Assembly (NCBI GenBank): GCA_964057225.1
Contig: OZ059900.1
Location: 24,800,001-24,864,000 of the forward strand
Direction of reading: 5' to 3'
Source: Auanema rhodensis
Taxonomy: Eukaryota > Animalia > Nematoda
Length of the DNA: 64,000 bases
Each line of letters opens with the position of its first letter. Within the stretch, counting starts at the first letter, position 1. A program made the position numbers and the translations under genes. A model generated the notes under the pieces. The model ran no database searches, had not been told where the DNA came from, and saw only the letters and a program-made list of their open reading frames with translations. Positions 1 through 12,700 of this stretch are shown here, one piece after another.

Positions 1-3000
1 CATTTTAGTATGTAACACGCTGAAATTCGTTGCATTTGACGACTCATATGAACAAAAATCGATTTAATCAATATTAGCCATAAGGGGCGGGGCGTGCCCT
101 CAGAATATGCTAATTTCCTTAATTTTCTAACCCCTGTTTTTTTGTCGTGAAAGTGGAACTAGACGTTGTACGAACAATTTTGAGCTAGGTTTCATTGACA
201 TTGCATGAGTTTGAACACATGAAATCGTAAGTCAAAACCTTGTTTACAGCGAAATTTCCAAAAACTGGTTTTCCAGCATAATAAAATATTTCTCATGGGA
301 AAAACTGTGTTTTTGTATTTTTCTAGTGTTCAGCATGTAAAATGCTTCATTTTAGTATGTAACACGCTGAAATTCGTTGCATTTGACGACTCATATGAAC
401 AAAAATCGATTTAATCAATATTAGCCATAAGGGGCGTGCCCTCAGAATATGCTAATTTCCTTAATTTTCTAACCCCTGTTTTTTGTCGTGAAAGTGGAAC
501 TAGACGTTGTAGGAACAATTTTGAGCTAGGTTTCATTGACATTGCATGAATTTGAACACATGAAATCGTAAGTCAAAACCTTGTTTACAGCAAAATTTCC
601 AAAAACTGGTTTTCCAGCATAATAAAATATTTCTCATGGGAAATACTGTGTTTTTGTATTTTTCTAGTGTTCAGCATGTAAAATACTTCATTTAAGTATG
701 TAACACGCTGAAATTCGTTGCATTTGACGACTCATATGAACAAAAATCGATTTAATCAATATTAGCCATAAGGGGCGTGCCCTCAGAATATGCTAATTTC
801 CTAAATTTTCTAACCCCTGTTTTTTTGTCGTGAAAGTGGAACTAGACGTTGTACAAACAATTTTGAGCTAGGTTTCATTGACATTGCATGAGTTTGAACA
901 CATGAAATCGTAAGTCAAAACCTTGTTTACAGCGAAATTTCCAAAAACTGGTTTTCCAGCATAATAAAATATTTCTCATGGGAAATACTGTGTTTTTGTA
1001 TTTTTCTAGTGTTCAGCATGTAAAATGCTTCATTTTAGTATGTAACACGCTGAAATTCGTTGCATTTGACGACTCATATGAACAAAAATCGATTTAATCA
1101 ATATTAGCCATAAGGGGCGTGCCCTCAGAATATGCTAATTTCCTTAATTTTCTAACCCCTGTTTTTTGTCGTGAAAGTGGAACTAGACGTTGTAGGAACA
1201 ATTTTGAGCTAGGTTTCATTGACATTGCATGAATTTGAACACATGAAATCGTAAGTCAAAACCTTGTTTACAGCAAAATTTCCAAAAACTGGTTTTCCAG
1301 CATAATAAAATATTTCTCATGGGAAATACTGTGTTTTTGTATTTTTCTAGTGTTCAGCATGTAAAATACTTCATTTAAGTATGTAACACGCTGAAATTCG
1401 TTGCATTTGACGACTCATATGAACAAAAATCGATTTAATCAATATTAGCCATAAGGGGCGTGCCCTCAGAATATGCTAATTTCCTAAATTTTCTAACCCC
1501 TGTTTTTTTGTCGTGAAAGTGGAACTAGACGTTGTACGAACAATTTTGAGCTAGGTTTCATTGACATTGCATGAGTTTGAACACATGAAATCGTATATCA
1601 AACCTTGTTTACAGCGAAATTTCCAAAAACTGGTTTTCCAGCATAATAAAATATTTCTCATGGGAAATACTGTGTTTTTGTATTTTTCTAGTGTTCAGCA
1701 TGTAAAATGCTTCATTTTAGTATGTAACACGCTGAAATTCGTTGCATTTGACTACTCATATGAACAAAAATCGATTTAATCAATATTAGCCATAAGGGGC
1801 GTGCCCTCAGAATATGCTAATTTCCTTAATTTTCTAACCCCTGTTTTTTTGTCGTGAAAGTGGAACTAGACGTTGTACAAACAATTTTGAGCTAGGTTTC
1901 ATTGACATTGCATGAGTTTGAACACATGAAATCGTAAGTCAAAACCTTGTTTACAGCGAAATTTCCAAAAACTGGTTTTCCAGCATAATAAAATATTTCT
2001 CATGGGAAATACTGTGTTTTTGTATTTTTCTAGTGTTCAGCATGTAAAATACTTCATTTTAGTATGTAACACGCTGAAATTCGTTGCATTTGACTACTCA
2101 TATGAACAAAAATCGATTTAATCAATATTAGCCATAAGGGGCGTGCCCTCAGAATATGCTAATTTCCTTAATTTTCTAACCCCTGTTTTTTAGTCGTGAA
2201 AGTGGAACTAGACGTTGTACGAACAATTTTGAGCTAGGTTTCATTGACATTGCATGAGTTTGAACACATGAAATCGTAAGTCAAAACCTTGTTTACAGCG
2301 AAATTTCCAAAAACTGGTTTTCCAGCATAATAAAATATTTCTCATGAGAAATACTGTGTTTTTGTATTTTTCTAGTGTTCAGCATGTAAAATACTTCATT
2401 TTAGTATGTAACAAGCTGAAATTCGTTGCATTTGACGACTCATATGAACAAAAATCGATTTAATCAATATTAGCCATAAGGGGCGGGGCGTGCCCTCAGA
2501 ATATGCTAATTTCCTTAATTTTCTAACCCCTGTTTTTTTGTCGTGAAAGTGGAACTAGACGTTGTACGAACAATTTTGAGCTAGGTTTCATTGACATTGC
2601 ATGAGTTTGAACACATGAAATCGTAAGTCAAAACCTTGTTTACAGCGAAATTTCCAAAAACTGGTTTTCCAGCATAATAAAATATTTCTCATGGGAAAAA
2701 CTGTGTTTTTGTATTTTTCTAGTGTTCAGCATGTAAAATGCTTCATTTTAGTATGTAACACGCTGAAATTCGTTGCATTTAACGACTCATATGAACAAAA
2801 ATCGATTTAATCAATATTAGCCATAAGGGGCGTGCCCTCAGAATATGCTAATTTCCTTAATTTTCTAACCCCTGTTTTTTGTCGTGAAAGTGGAACTAGA
2901 CGTTGTAGGAACAATTTTGAGCTAGGTTTCATTGACATTGCATGAATTTGAACACATGAAATCGTAAGTCAAAACCTTGTTTACAGCAAAATTTCCAAAA

Positions 3001-3706
3001 ACTGGTTTTCCAGCATAATAAAATATTTCTCATGGGAAATACTGTGTTTTTGTATTTTTCTAGTGTTCAGCATGTAAAATACTTCATTTAAGTATGTAAC
3101 ACGCTGAAATTCGTTGCATTTGACGACTCATATGAACAAAAATCGATTTAATCAATATTAGCCATAAGGGGCGTGCCCTCAGAATATGCTAATTTCCTAA
3201 ATTTTCTAACCCCTGTTTTTTTGTCGTGAAAGTGGAACTAGACGTTGTACGAACAATTTTGAGCTAGGTTTCATTGACATTGCATGAGTTTGAACACATG
3301 AAATCGTATATCAAACCTTGTTTACAGCGAAATTTCCAAAAACTGGTTTTCCAGCATAATAAAATATTTCTCATGGAAAATACTGTGTTTTTGTATTTTT
3401 CTAGTGTTCAGCATGTAAAATGCTTCATTTTAGTATGTAACACGCTGAAATTCGTTGCATTTGACTACTCATATGAACAAAAATCGATTTAATCAATATT
3501 AGCCATAAGGGGCGTGCCCTCAGAATATGCTAATTTCCTTAATTTTCTAACCCCTGTTTTTTTGTCGTGAAAGTGGAACTAGACGTTGTACGAACAATTT
3601 TGAGCTAGGTTTCATTGACATTGCATGAGTTTGAACACATGAAATCGTAAGTCAAAACCTTGTTTACAGCGAAATTTCCAAAAACTGGTTTTCCAGCATA
3701 ATAAAA

Positions 3707-3724
3707 TATTTCTCATGAGAAATA
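3707..3724. repeat. Perfect 18-bp palindrome TATTTCTCATGAGAAATA (example copy; present in 'GAG' monomers, one mismatch in 'GGG' monomers)
   Basis: The sequence equals its own reverse complement, read directly. Confidence 0.95.
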
Positions 3725-3748
3725 CTGTGTTTTTGTATTTTTCTAGTG

Positions 3749-3791
3749 TTCAGCATGTAAAATGCTTCATTTTAGTATGTAACATGCTGAA
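3749..3791. repeat. ~43-bp nested inverted repeat/hairpin (example copy; recurs in every monomer with variants)
   Basis: TTCAGCATG-TAAAATG-ctt-CATTTTA-gtatgtaa-CATGCTGAA has an inner 7-bp stem and an outer 9-bp stem. The outer stem has one mismatch in the common CACGCTGAA allele. Confidence 0.9.
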
Positions 3792-6700
3792 ATTCGTTGC
3801 ATTTGACGACTCATATGAACAAAAATCGATTTAATCAATATTAGCCATAAGGGGCGTGCCCTCAGAATATGCTAATTTCCTTAATTTTCTAACCCCTGTT
3901 TTTTTGTCGTGAAAGTGGAACTAGACGTTGTACGAACAATTTTGAGCTAGGTTTCATTGACATTGCATGAGTTTGAACACATGAAATCGTAAGTCAAAAC
4001 CTTGTTTACAGCGAAATTTCCAAAAACTGGTTTTCCAGCATAATAAAATATTTCTCATGAGAAATACTGTGTTTTTGTATTTTTCTAGTGTTCAGCATGT
4101 AAAATGCCTCATTTTAGTATGTAACACGCTGAAATTCGTTGCATTTGACGACTCATATGAACAAAAATCGATTTAATCAATATTAGCCATAAGGGGCGTG
4201 CCCTCAGAATATGCTAATTTCCTTAATTTTCTAACACCCTGTTTTTTTGTCGTGAAAGAGGAACTAGACGTTGTACAAACAATTTTGAGCTAGGTTTCAT
4301 TGACATTGCATGAGTTTGAACACATGAAATCGTAAGTCAAAACCTTGTTTACAGCGAAATTTCCAAAAACTGGTTTTCCAGCATAATAAAATATTTCTCA
4401 TGAGAAATACTGTGTTTTTGTATTTTTCTAGTGTTCAGCATGTAAAATGCTTCATTTTAGTATGTAACACGCTGAAATTCGTTGCATTTGACGACTCATA
4501 TGAACAGAAATCGATTTAATCAATATTAGCCATAAGGGGCGTGCCCTCAGAATATGCTAATTTCCTTAATTTTCTAACCCCTGTTTTTTGTCGTGAAAGT
4601 GGAACTAGACGTTGTAGGAACAATTTTGAGCTAGGTTTCATTGACATTGCATGAATTTGAACACATGAAATCGTAAGTCAAAACCTTGTTTACAGCAAAA
4701 TTTCCAAAAACTGGTTTTCCAGCATAATAAAATATTTCTCATGGGAAATACTGTGTTTTTGTATTTTTCTAGTGTTCAGCATGTAAAATACTTCATTTAA
4801 GTATGTAACACGCTGAAATTCGTTGCATTTGACGACTCATATGAACAAAAATCGATTTAATCAATATTAGCCATAAGGGGCGTGCCCTCAGAATATGCTA
4901 ATTTCCTTAATTTTCTAACCCCTGTTTTTTTGTCGTGAAAGTGGAACTAGACGTTGTACAAACAATTTTGAGCTAGGTTTCATTGACATTGCATGAGTTT
5001 GAACACATGAAATCGTATATCAAACCTTGTTTACAGCGAAATTTCCAAAAACTGGTTTTCCAGCATAATAAAATATTTCTCATGGAAAATACTGTGTTTT
5101 TGTATTTTTCTAGTGTTCAGCATGTAAAATGCTTCATTTTAGTATGTAACACGCTGAAATTCGTTGCATTTGACGACTCATATGAACAAAAATCGATTTA
5201 ATCAATATTAGCCATAAGGGGCGTGCCCTCAGAATATGCTAATTTCCTAAATTTTCTAACCCCTGTTTTTTTGTCGTGAAAGTGGAACTAGACGTTGTAC
5301 GAACAATTTTGAGCTAGGTTTCATTGACATTGCATGAGTTTGAACACATGAAATCGTATATCAAACCTTGTTTACAGCGAAATTTCCAAAAACTGGTTTT
5401 CCAGCATAATAAAATATTTCTCATGGAAAATACTGTGTTTTTGTATTTTTCTAGTGTTCAGCATGTAAAATGCTTCATTTTAGTATGTAACACGCTGAAA
5501 TTCGTTGCATTTGACTACTCATATGAACAAAAATCGATTTAATCAATATTAGCCATAAGGGGCGTGCCCTCAGAATATGCTAATTTCCTTAATTTTCTAA
5601 CCCCTGTTTTTTTGTCGTGAAAGTGGAACTAGACGTTGTACGAACAATTTTGAGCTAGGTTTCATTGACATTGCATGAGTTTGAACACATGAAATCGTAA
5701 GTCAAAACCTTGTTTACAGCGAAATTTCCAAAAACTGGTTTTCCAGCATAATAAAATATTTCTCATGGAAAATACTGTGTTTTTGTATTTTTCTAGTGTT
5801 CAGCATGTAAAATGCTTCATTTTAGTATGTAACACGCTGAAATTCGTTGCATTTGACTACTCATATGAACAAAAATCGATTTAATCAATATTAGCCATAA
5901 GGGGCGTGCCCTCAGAATATGCTAATTTCCTTAATTTTCTAACCCCTGTTTTTTTGTCGTGAAAGTGGAACTAGACGTTGTACGAACAATTTTGAGCTAG
6001 GTTTCATTGACATTGCATGAGTTTGAACACATGAAATCGTAAGTCAAAACCTTGTTTACAGCGAAATTTCCAAAAACTGGTTTTCCAGCATAATAAAATA
6101 TTTCTCATGAGAAATACTGTGTTTTTGTATTTTTCTAGTGTTCAGCATGTAAAATGCCTCATTTTAGTATGTAACACGCTGAAATTCGTTGCATTTGACG
6201 ACTCATATGAACAAAAATCGATTTAATCAATATTAGCCATAAGGGGCGTGCCCTCAGAATATGCTAATTTCCTTAATTTTCTAACCCCTGTTTTTTTGTC
6301 GTGAAAGTGGAACTAGACGTTGTACGAACAATTTTGAGCTAGGTTTCATTGACATTGCATGAGTTTGAACACATGAAATCGTAAGTCAAAACCTTGTTTA
6401 CAGCGAAATTTCCAAAAACTGGTTTTCCAGCATAATAAAATATTTCTCATGGAAAATACTGTGTTTTTGTATTTTTCTAGTGTTCAGCATGTAAAATGCT
6501 TCATTTTAGTATGTAACACGCTGAAATTCGTTGCATTTGACGACTCATATGAACAAAAATCGATTTAATCAATATTAGCCATAAGGGGCGTGCCCTCAGA
6601 ATATGCTAATTTCCTTAATTTTCTAACCCCTGTTTTTTTGTCGTGAAAGTGGAACTAGACGTTGTACGAACAATTTTGAGCTAGGTTTCATTGACATTGC

Positions 6701-9700
6701 ATGAGTTTGAACACATGAAATCGTAAGTCAAAACCTTGTTTACAGCGAAATTTCCAAAAACTGGTTTTCCAGCATAATAAAATATTTCTCATGAGAAATA
6801 CTGTGTTTTTGTATTTTTCTAGTGTTCAGCATGTAAAATGCTTCATTTTAGTATGTAACACGCTGAAATTCGTGGCATTTGACGACTCATATGAACAAAA
6901 ATCGATTTAATCAATATTAGCCATAAGGAGCGTGCCCTCAGAATATGCTAATTTCCTTAATTTTCTAACCCCTGTTTTTTTGTCGTGAAAGTGGAACTAG
7001 ACGTTGTACAAACAATTTTGAGCTAGGTTTCATTGACATTGCATGAGTTTGAACACATGAAATCGTAAGTCAAAACCTTGTTTACAGCGAAATTTCCAAA
7101 AACTGGTTTTCCAGCATAATAAAATATTTCTCATGGGAAATACTGTGTTTTTGTATTTTTCTAGTGTTCAGCATGTAAAATACTTCATTTAAGTATGTAA
7201 CACGCTGAAATTCGTTGCATTTGACGACTCATATGAACAGAAATCGATTTAATCAATATTAGCCATAAGGGGCGTGCCCTCAGAATATGCTAATTTCCTT
7301 AATTTTCTAACCCCTGTTTTTTGTCGTGAAAGTGGAACTAGACGTTGTAGGAACAATTTTGAGCTAGGTTTCATTGACATTGCATGAATTTGAACACATG
7401 AAATCGTAAGTCAAAACCTTGTTTACAGCAAAATTTCCAAAAACTGGTTTTCCAGCATAATAAAATATTTCTCATGGGAAATACTGTGTTTTTGTATTTT
7501 TCTAGTGTTCAGCATGTAAAATACTTCATTTAAGTATGTAACACGCTGAAATTCGTTGCATTTGACGACTCATATGAACAAAAATCGATTTAATCAATAT
7601 TAGCCATAAGGGGCGTGCCCTCAGAATATGCTAATTTCCTTAATTTTCTAACCCCTGTTTTTTTGTCGTGAAAGTGGAACTAGACGTTGTACAAACAATT
7701 TTGAGCTAGGTTTCATTGACATTGCATGAGTTTGAACACATGAAATCGTATATCAAACCTTGTTTACAGCGAAATTTCCAAAAACTGGTTTTCCAGCATA
7801 ATAAAATATTTCTCATGGAAAATACTGTGTTTTTGTATTTTTCTAGTGTTCAGCATGTAAAATGCTTCATTTTAGTATGTAACACGCTGAAATTCGTTGC
7901 ATTTGACTACTCATATGAACAAAAATCGATTTAATCAATATTAGCCATAAGGGGCGTGCCCTCAGAATATGCTAATTTCCTTAATTTTCTAACCCCTGTT
8001 TTTTTGTCGTGAAAGTGGAACTAGACGTTGTACGAACAATTTTGAGCTAGGTTTCATTGACATTGCATGAGTTTGAACACATGAAATCGTAAGTCAAAAC
8101 CTTGTTTACAGCGAAATTTCCAAAAACTGGTTTTCCAGCATAATAAAATATTTCTCATGAGAAATACTGTGTTTTTGTATTTTTCTAGTGTTCAGCATGT
8201 AAAATGCTTCATTTCAGTATGTAACATGCTGAAATTCGTTGCATTTGACGACTCATATGAACAGAAATCGATTTAATCAATATTAGCCATAAGGGGCGTG
8301 CCCTCAGAATATGCTAATTTCCTTAATTTTCTAACCCCTGTTTTTTGTCGTGAAAGTGGAACTAGACGTTGTAGGAACAATTTTGAGCTAGGTTTCATTG
8401 ACATTGCATGAGTTTGAACACATGAAATCGTAAGTCAAAACCTTGTTTACAGCGAAATTTCCAAAAACTGGTTTTCCAGCATAATAAAATATTTCTCATG
8501 AGAAATACTGTGTTTTTGTATTTTTCTAGTGTTCAGCATGTAAAATGCTTCATTTTAGTATGTAACATGCTGAAATTCGTTGCATTTGACGACTCATATG
8601 AACAAAAATCGATTTAATCAATATTAGCCATAAGGGGCGTGCCCTCAGAATATGCTAATTTCCTTAATTTTCTAACCCCTGTTTTTTTGTCGTGAAAGTG
8701 GAACTAGACGTTGTACAAACAATTTTGAGCTAGGTTTCATTGACATTGCATGAGTTTGAACACATGAAATCGTAAGTCAAAACCTTGTTTACAGCGAAAT
8801 TTCCAAAAACTGGTTTTCCAGCATAATAAAATATTTCTCATGAGAAATACTGTGTTTTTGTATTTTTCTAGTGTTCAGCATGTAAAATGCCTCATTTTAG
8901 TATGTAACACGCTGAAATTCGTTGCATTTGACGACTCATATGAACAAAAATCGATTTAATCAATATTAGCCATAAGGGGCGTGCCCTCAGAATATGCTAA
9001 TTTCCTTAATTTTCTAACACCCTGTTTTTTTGTCGTGAAAGAGGAACTAGACGTTGTACAAACAATTTTGAGCTAGGTTTCATTGACATTGCATGAGTTT
9101 GAACACATGAAATCGTAAGTCAAAACCTTGTTTACAGCGAAATTTCCAAAAACTGGTTTTCCAGCATAATAAAATATTTCTCATGAGAAATACTGTGTTT
9201 TTGTATTTTTCTAGTGTTCAGCATGTAAAATGCTTCATTTTAGTATGTAACACGCTGAAATTCGTGGCATTTGACGACTCATATGAACAAAAATCGATTT
9301 AATCAATATTAGCCATAAGGAGCGTGCCCTCAGAATATGCTAATTTCCTTAATTTTCTAACCCCTGTTTTTTTGTCGTGAAAGTGGAACTAGACGTTGTA
9401 CAAACAATTTTGAGCTAGGTTTCATTGACATTGCATGAGTTTGAACACATGAAATCGTAAGTCAAAACCTTGTTTACAGCGAAATTTCCAAAAACTGGTT
9501 TTCCAGCATAATAAAATATTTCTCATGGGAAATACTGTGTTTTTGTATTTTTCTAGTGTTCAGCATGTAAAATACTTCATTTAAGTATGTAACACGCTGA
9601 AATTCGTTGCATTTGACGACTCATATGAACAGAAATCGATTTAATCAATATTAGCCATAAGGGGCGTGCCCTCAGAATATGCTAATTTCCTTAATTTTCT

Positions 9701-12700
9701 AACCCCTGTTTTTTGTCGTGAAAGTGGAACTAGACGTTGTAGGAACAATTTTGAGCTAGGTTTCATTGACATTGCATGAATTTGAACACATGAAATCGTA
9801 AGTCAAAACCTTGTTTACAGCAAAATTTCCAAAAACTGGTTTTCCAGCATAATAAAATATTTCTCATGGGAAATACTGTGTTTTTGTATTTTTCTAGTGT
9901 TCAGCATGTAAAATACTTCATTTAAGTATGTAACACGCTGAAATTCGTTGCATTTGACGACTCATATGAACAAAAATCGATTTAATCAATATTAGCCATA
10001 AGGGGCGTGCCCTCAGAATATGCTAATTTCCTAAATTTTCTAACCCCTGTTTTTTTGTCGTGAAAGTGGAACTAGACGTTGTACGAACAATTTTGAGCTA
10101 GGTTTCATTGACATTGCATGAGTTTGAACACATGAAATCGTATATCAAACCTTGTTTACAGCGAAATTTCCAAAAACTGGTTTTCCAGCATAATAAAATA
10201 TTTCTCATGGGAAATACTGTGTTTTTGTATTTTTCTAGTGTTCAGCATGTAAAATGCTTCATTTTAGTATGTAACACGCTGAAATTCGTTGCATTTGACT
10301 ACTCATATGAACAAAAATCGATTTAATCAATATTAGCCATAAGGGGCGTGCCCTCAGAATATGCTAATTTCCTTAATTTTCTAACCCCTGTTTTTTTGTC
10401 GTGAAAGTGGAACTAGACGTTGTACAAACAATTTTGAGCTAGGTTTCATTGACATTGCATGAGTTTGAACACATGAAATCGTAAGTCAAAACCTTGTTTA
10501 CAGCGAAATTTCCAAAAACTGGTTTTCCAGCATAATAAAATATTTCTCATGAGAAATACTGTGTTTTTGTATTTTTCTAGTGTTCAGCATGTAAAATGCT
10601 TCATTTTAGTATGTAACATGCTGAAATTCGTTGCATTTGACGACTCATATGAACAAAAATCGATTTAATCAATATTAGCCATAAGGGGCGTGCCCTCAGA
10701 ATATGCTAATTTCCTTAATTTTCTAACCCCTGTTTTTTTGTCGTGAAAGTGGAACTAGACGTTGTACAAACAATTTTGAGCTAGGTTTCATTGACATTGC
10801 ATGAGTTTGAACACATGAAATCGTAAGTCAAAACCTTGTTTACAGCGAAATTTCCAAAAACTGGTTTTCCAGCATAATAAAATATTTCTCATGAGAAATA
10901 CTGTGTTTTTGTATTTTTCTAGTGTTCAGCATGTAAAATGCCTCATTTTAGTATGTAACACGCTGAAATTCGTTGCATTTGACGACTCATATGAACAAAA
11001 ATCGATTTAATCAATATTAGCCATAAGGGGCGTGCCCTCAGAATATGCTAATTTCCTTAATTTTCTAACACCCTGTTTTTTTGTCGTGAAAGAGGAACTA
11101 GACGTTGTACAAACAATTTTGAGCTAGGTTTCATTGATATTGCATGAGTTTGAACACATGAAATCGTAAGTCAAAACCTTGTTTACAGCGAAATTTCCAA
11201 AAACTGGTTTTCCAGCATAATAAAATATTTCTCATGAGAAATACTGTGTTTTTGTATTTTTCTAGTGTTCAACATGTAAAATGCTTCATTTTAGTATGTA
11301 ACACGCTGAAATTCGTGGCATTTGACGACTCATATGAACAAAAATCGATTTAATCAATATTAGCCATAAGGAGCGTGCCCTCAGAATATGCTAATTTCCT
11401 TAATTTTCTAACCCCTGTTTTTTTGTCGTGAAAGTGGAACTAGACGTTGTACAAACAATTTTGAGCTAGGTTTCATTGACATTGCATGAGTTTGAACACA
11501 TGAAATCGTAAGTCAAAACCTTGTTTACAGCGAAATTTCCAAAAACTGGTTTTCCAGCATAATAAAATATTTCTCATGGGAAATACTGTGTTTTTGTATT
11601 TTTCTAGTGTTCAGCATGTAAAATACTTCATTTAAGTATGTAACACGCTGAAATTCGTTGCATTTGACGACTCATATGAACAGAAATCGATTTAATCAAT
11701 ATTAGCCATAAGGGGCGTGCCCTCAGAATATGCTAATTTCCTAAATTTTCTAACCCCTGTTTTTTTGTCGTGAAAGTGGAACTAGACGTTGTACAAACAA
11801 TTTTGAGCTAGGTTTCATTGACATTGCATGAGTTTGAACACATGAAATCGTAAGTCAAAACCTTGTTTACAGCGAAATTTCCAAAAACTGGTTTTCCAGC
11901 ATAATAAAATATTTCTCATGAGAAATACTGTGTTTTTGTATTTTTCTAGTGTTCAGCATGTAAAATGCTTCATTTTAGTATGTAACACGCTGAAATTCGT
12001 TGCTTTTGACGACTCATATGAACAAAAATCGATTTAATCAATATTAGCCATAAGGGGCGTGCCCTCAGAATATGCTAATTTCCTTAATTTTCTAACCCCT
12101 GTTTTTTGTCGTGAAAGTGGAACTAGACGTTGTAGGAACAATTTTGAGCTAGGTTTCATTGACATTGCATGAGTTTGAACACATGAAATCGTAAGTCAAA
12201 ACCTTGTTTACAGCGAAATTTCCAAAAACTGGTTTTCCAGCATAATAAAATATTTCTCATGGGAAATACTGTGTTTTTGTATTTTTCTAGTGTTCAGCAT
12301 GTAAAATACTTCATTTAAGTATGTAACACGCTGAAATTCGTTGCATTTGACGACTCATATGAACAAAAATCGATTTAATCAATATTAGCCATAAGGAGCG
12401 TGCCCTCAGAATATGCTAATTTCCTTAATTTTCTAACCCCTGTTTTTTTGTCGTGAAAGTGGAACTAGACGTTGTACAAACAATTTTGAGCTAGGTTTCA
12501 TTGACATTGCATGAGTTTGAACACATGAAATCGTAAGTCAAAACCTTGTTTACAGCGAAATTTCCAAAAACTGGTTTTCCAGCATAATAAAATATTTCTC
12601 ATGAGAAATACTGTGTTTTTGTATTTTTCTAATGTTCAGCATGTAAAATGCTTCATTTTAGTATGTAACACGCTGAAATTCGTTGCATTTGATGACTCAT

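Noticed and set aside
25-41. CENP-B-box-like motif ATTCGTTGCATTTGACG
   Set aside because: It matches TTCG and the central A of NTTCGNNNNANNCGGGN but lacks the essential CGGG (it has TGAC). Such partial matches are common by chance.
125-135. Telomere-like motif (CTAACCCCT)
   Set aside because: It is a single non-tandem occurrence per monomer and not a telomeric repeat tract.
280-285. AATAAA polyadenylation signal in each monomer
   Set aside because: Expected by chance in 66% AT sequence, with no supporting gene context.
1-347. Tandem 5S rRNA, tRNA, snRNA or spliced-leader gene unit
   Set aside because: There is no recognisable 5S sequence, cloverleaf, Pol III A/B boxes or leader sequence, and the monomer is uniformly AT-rich.
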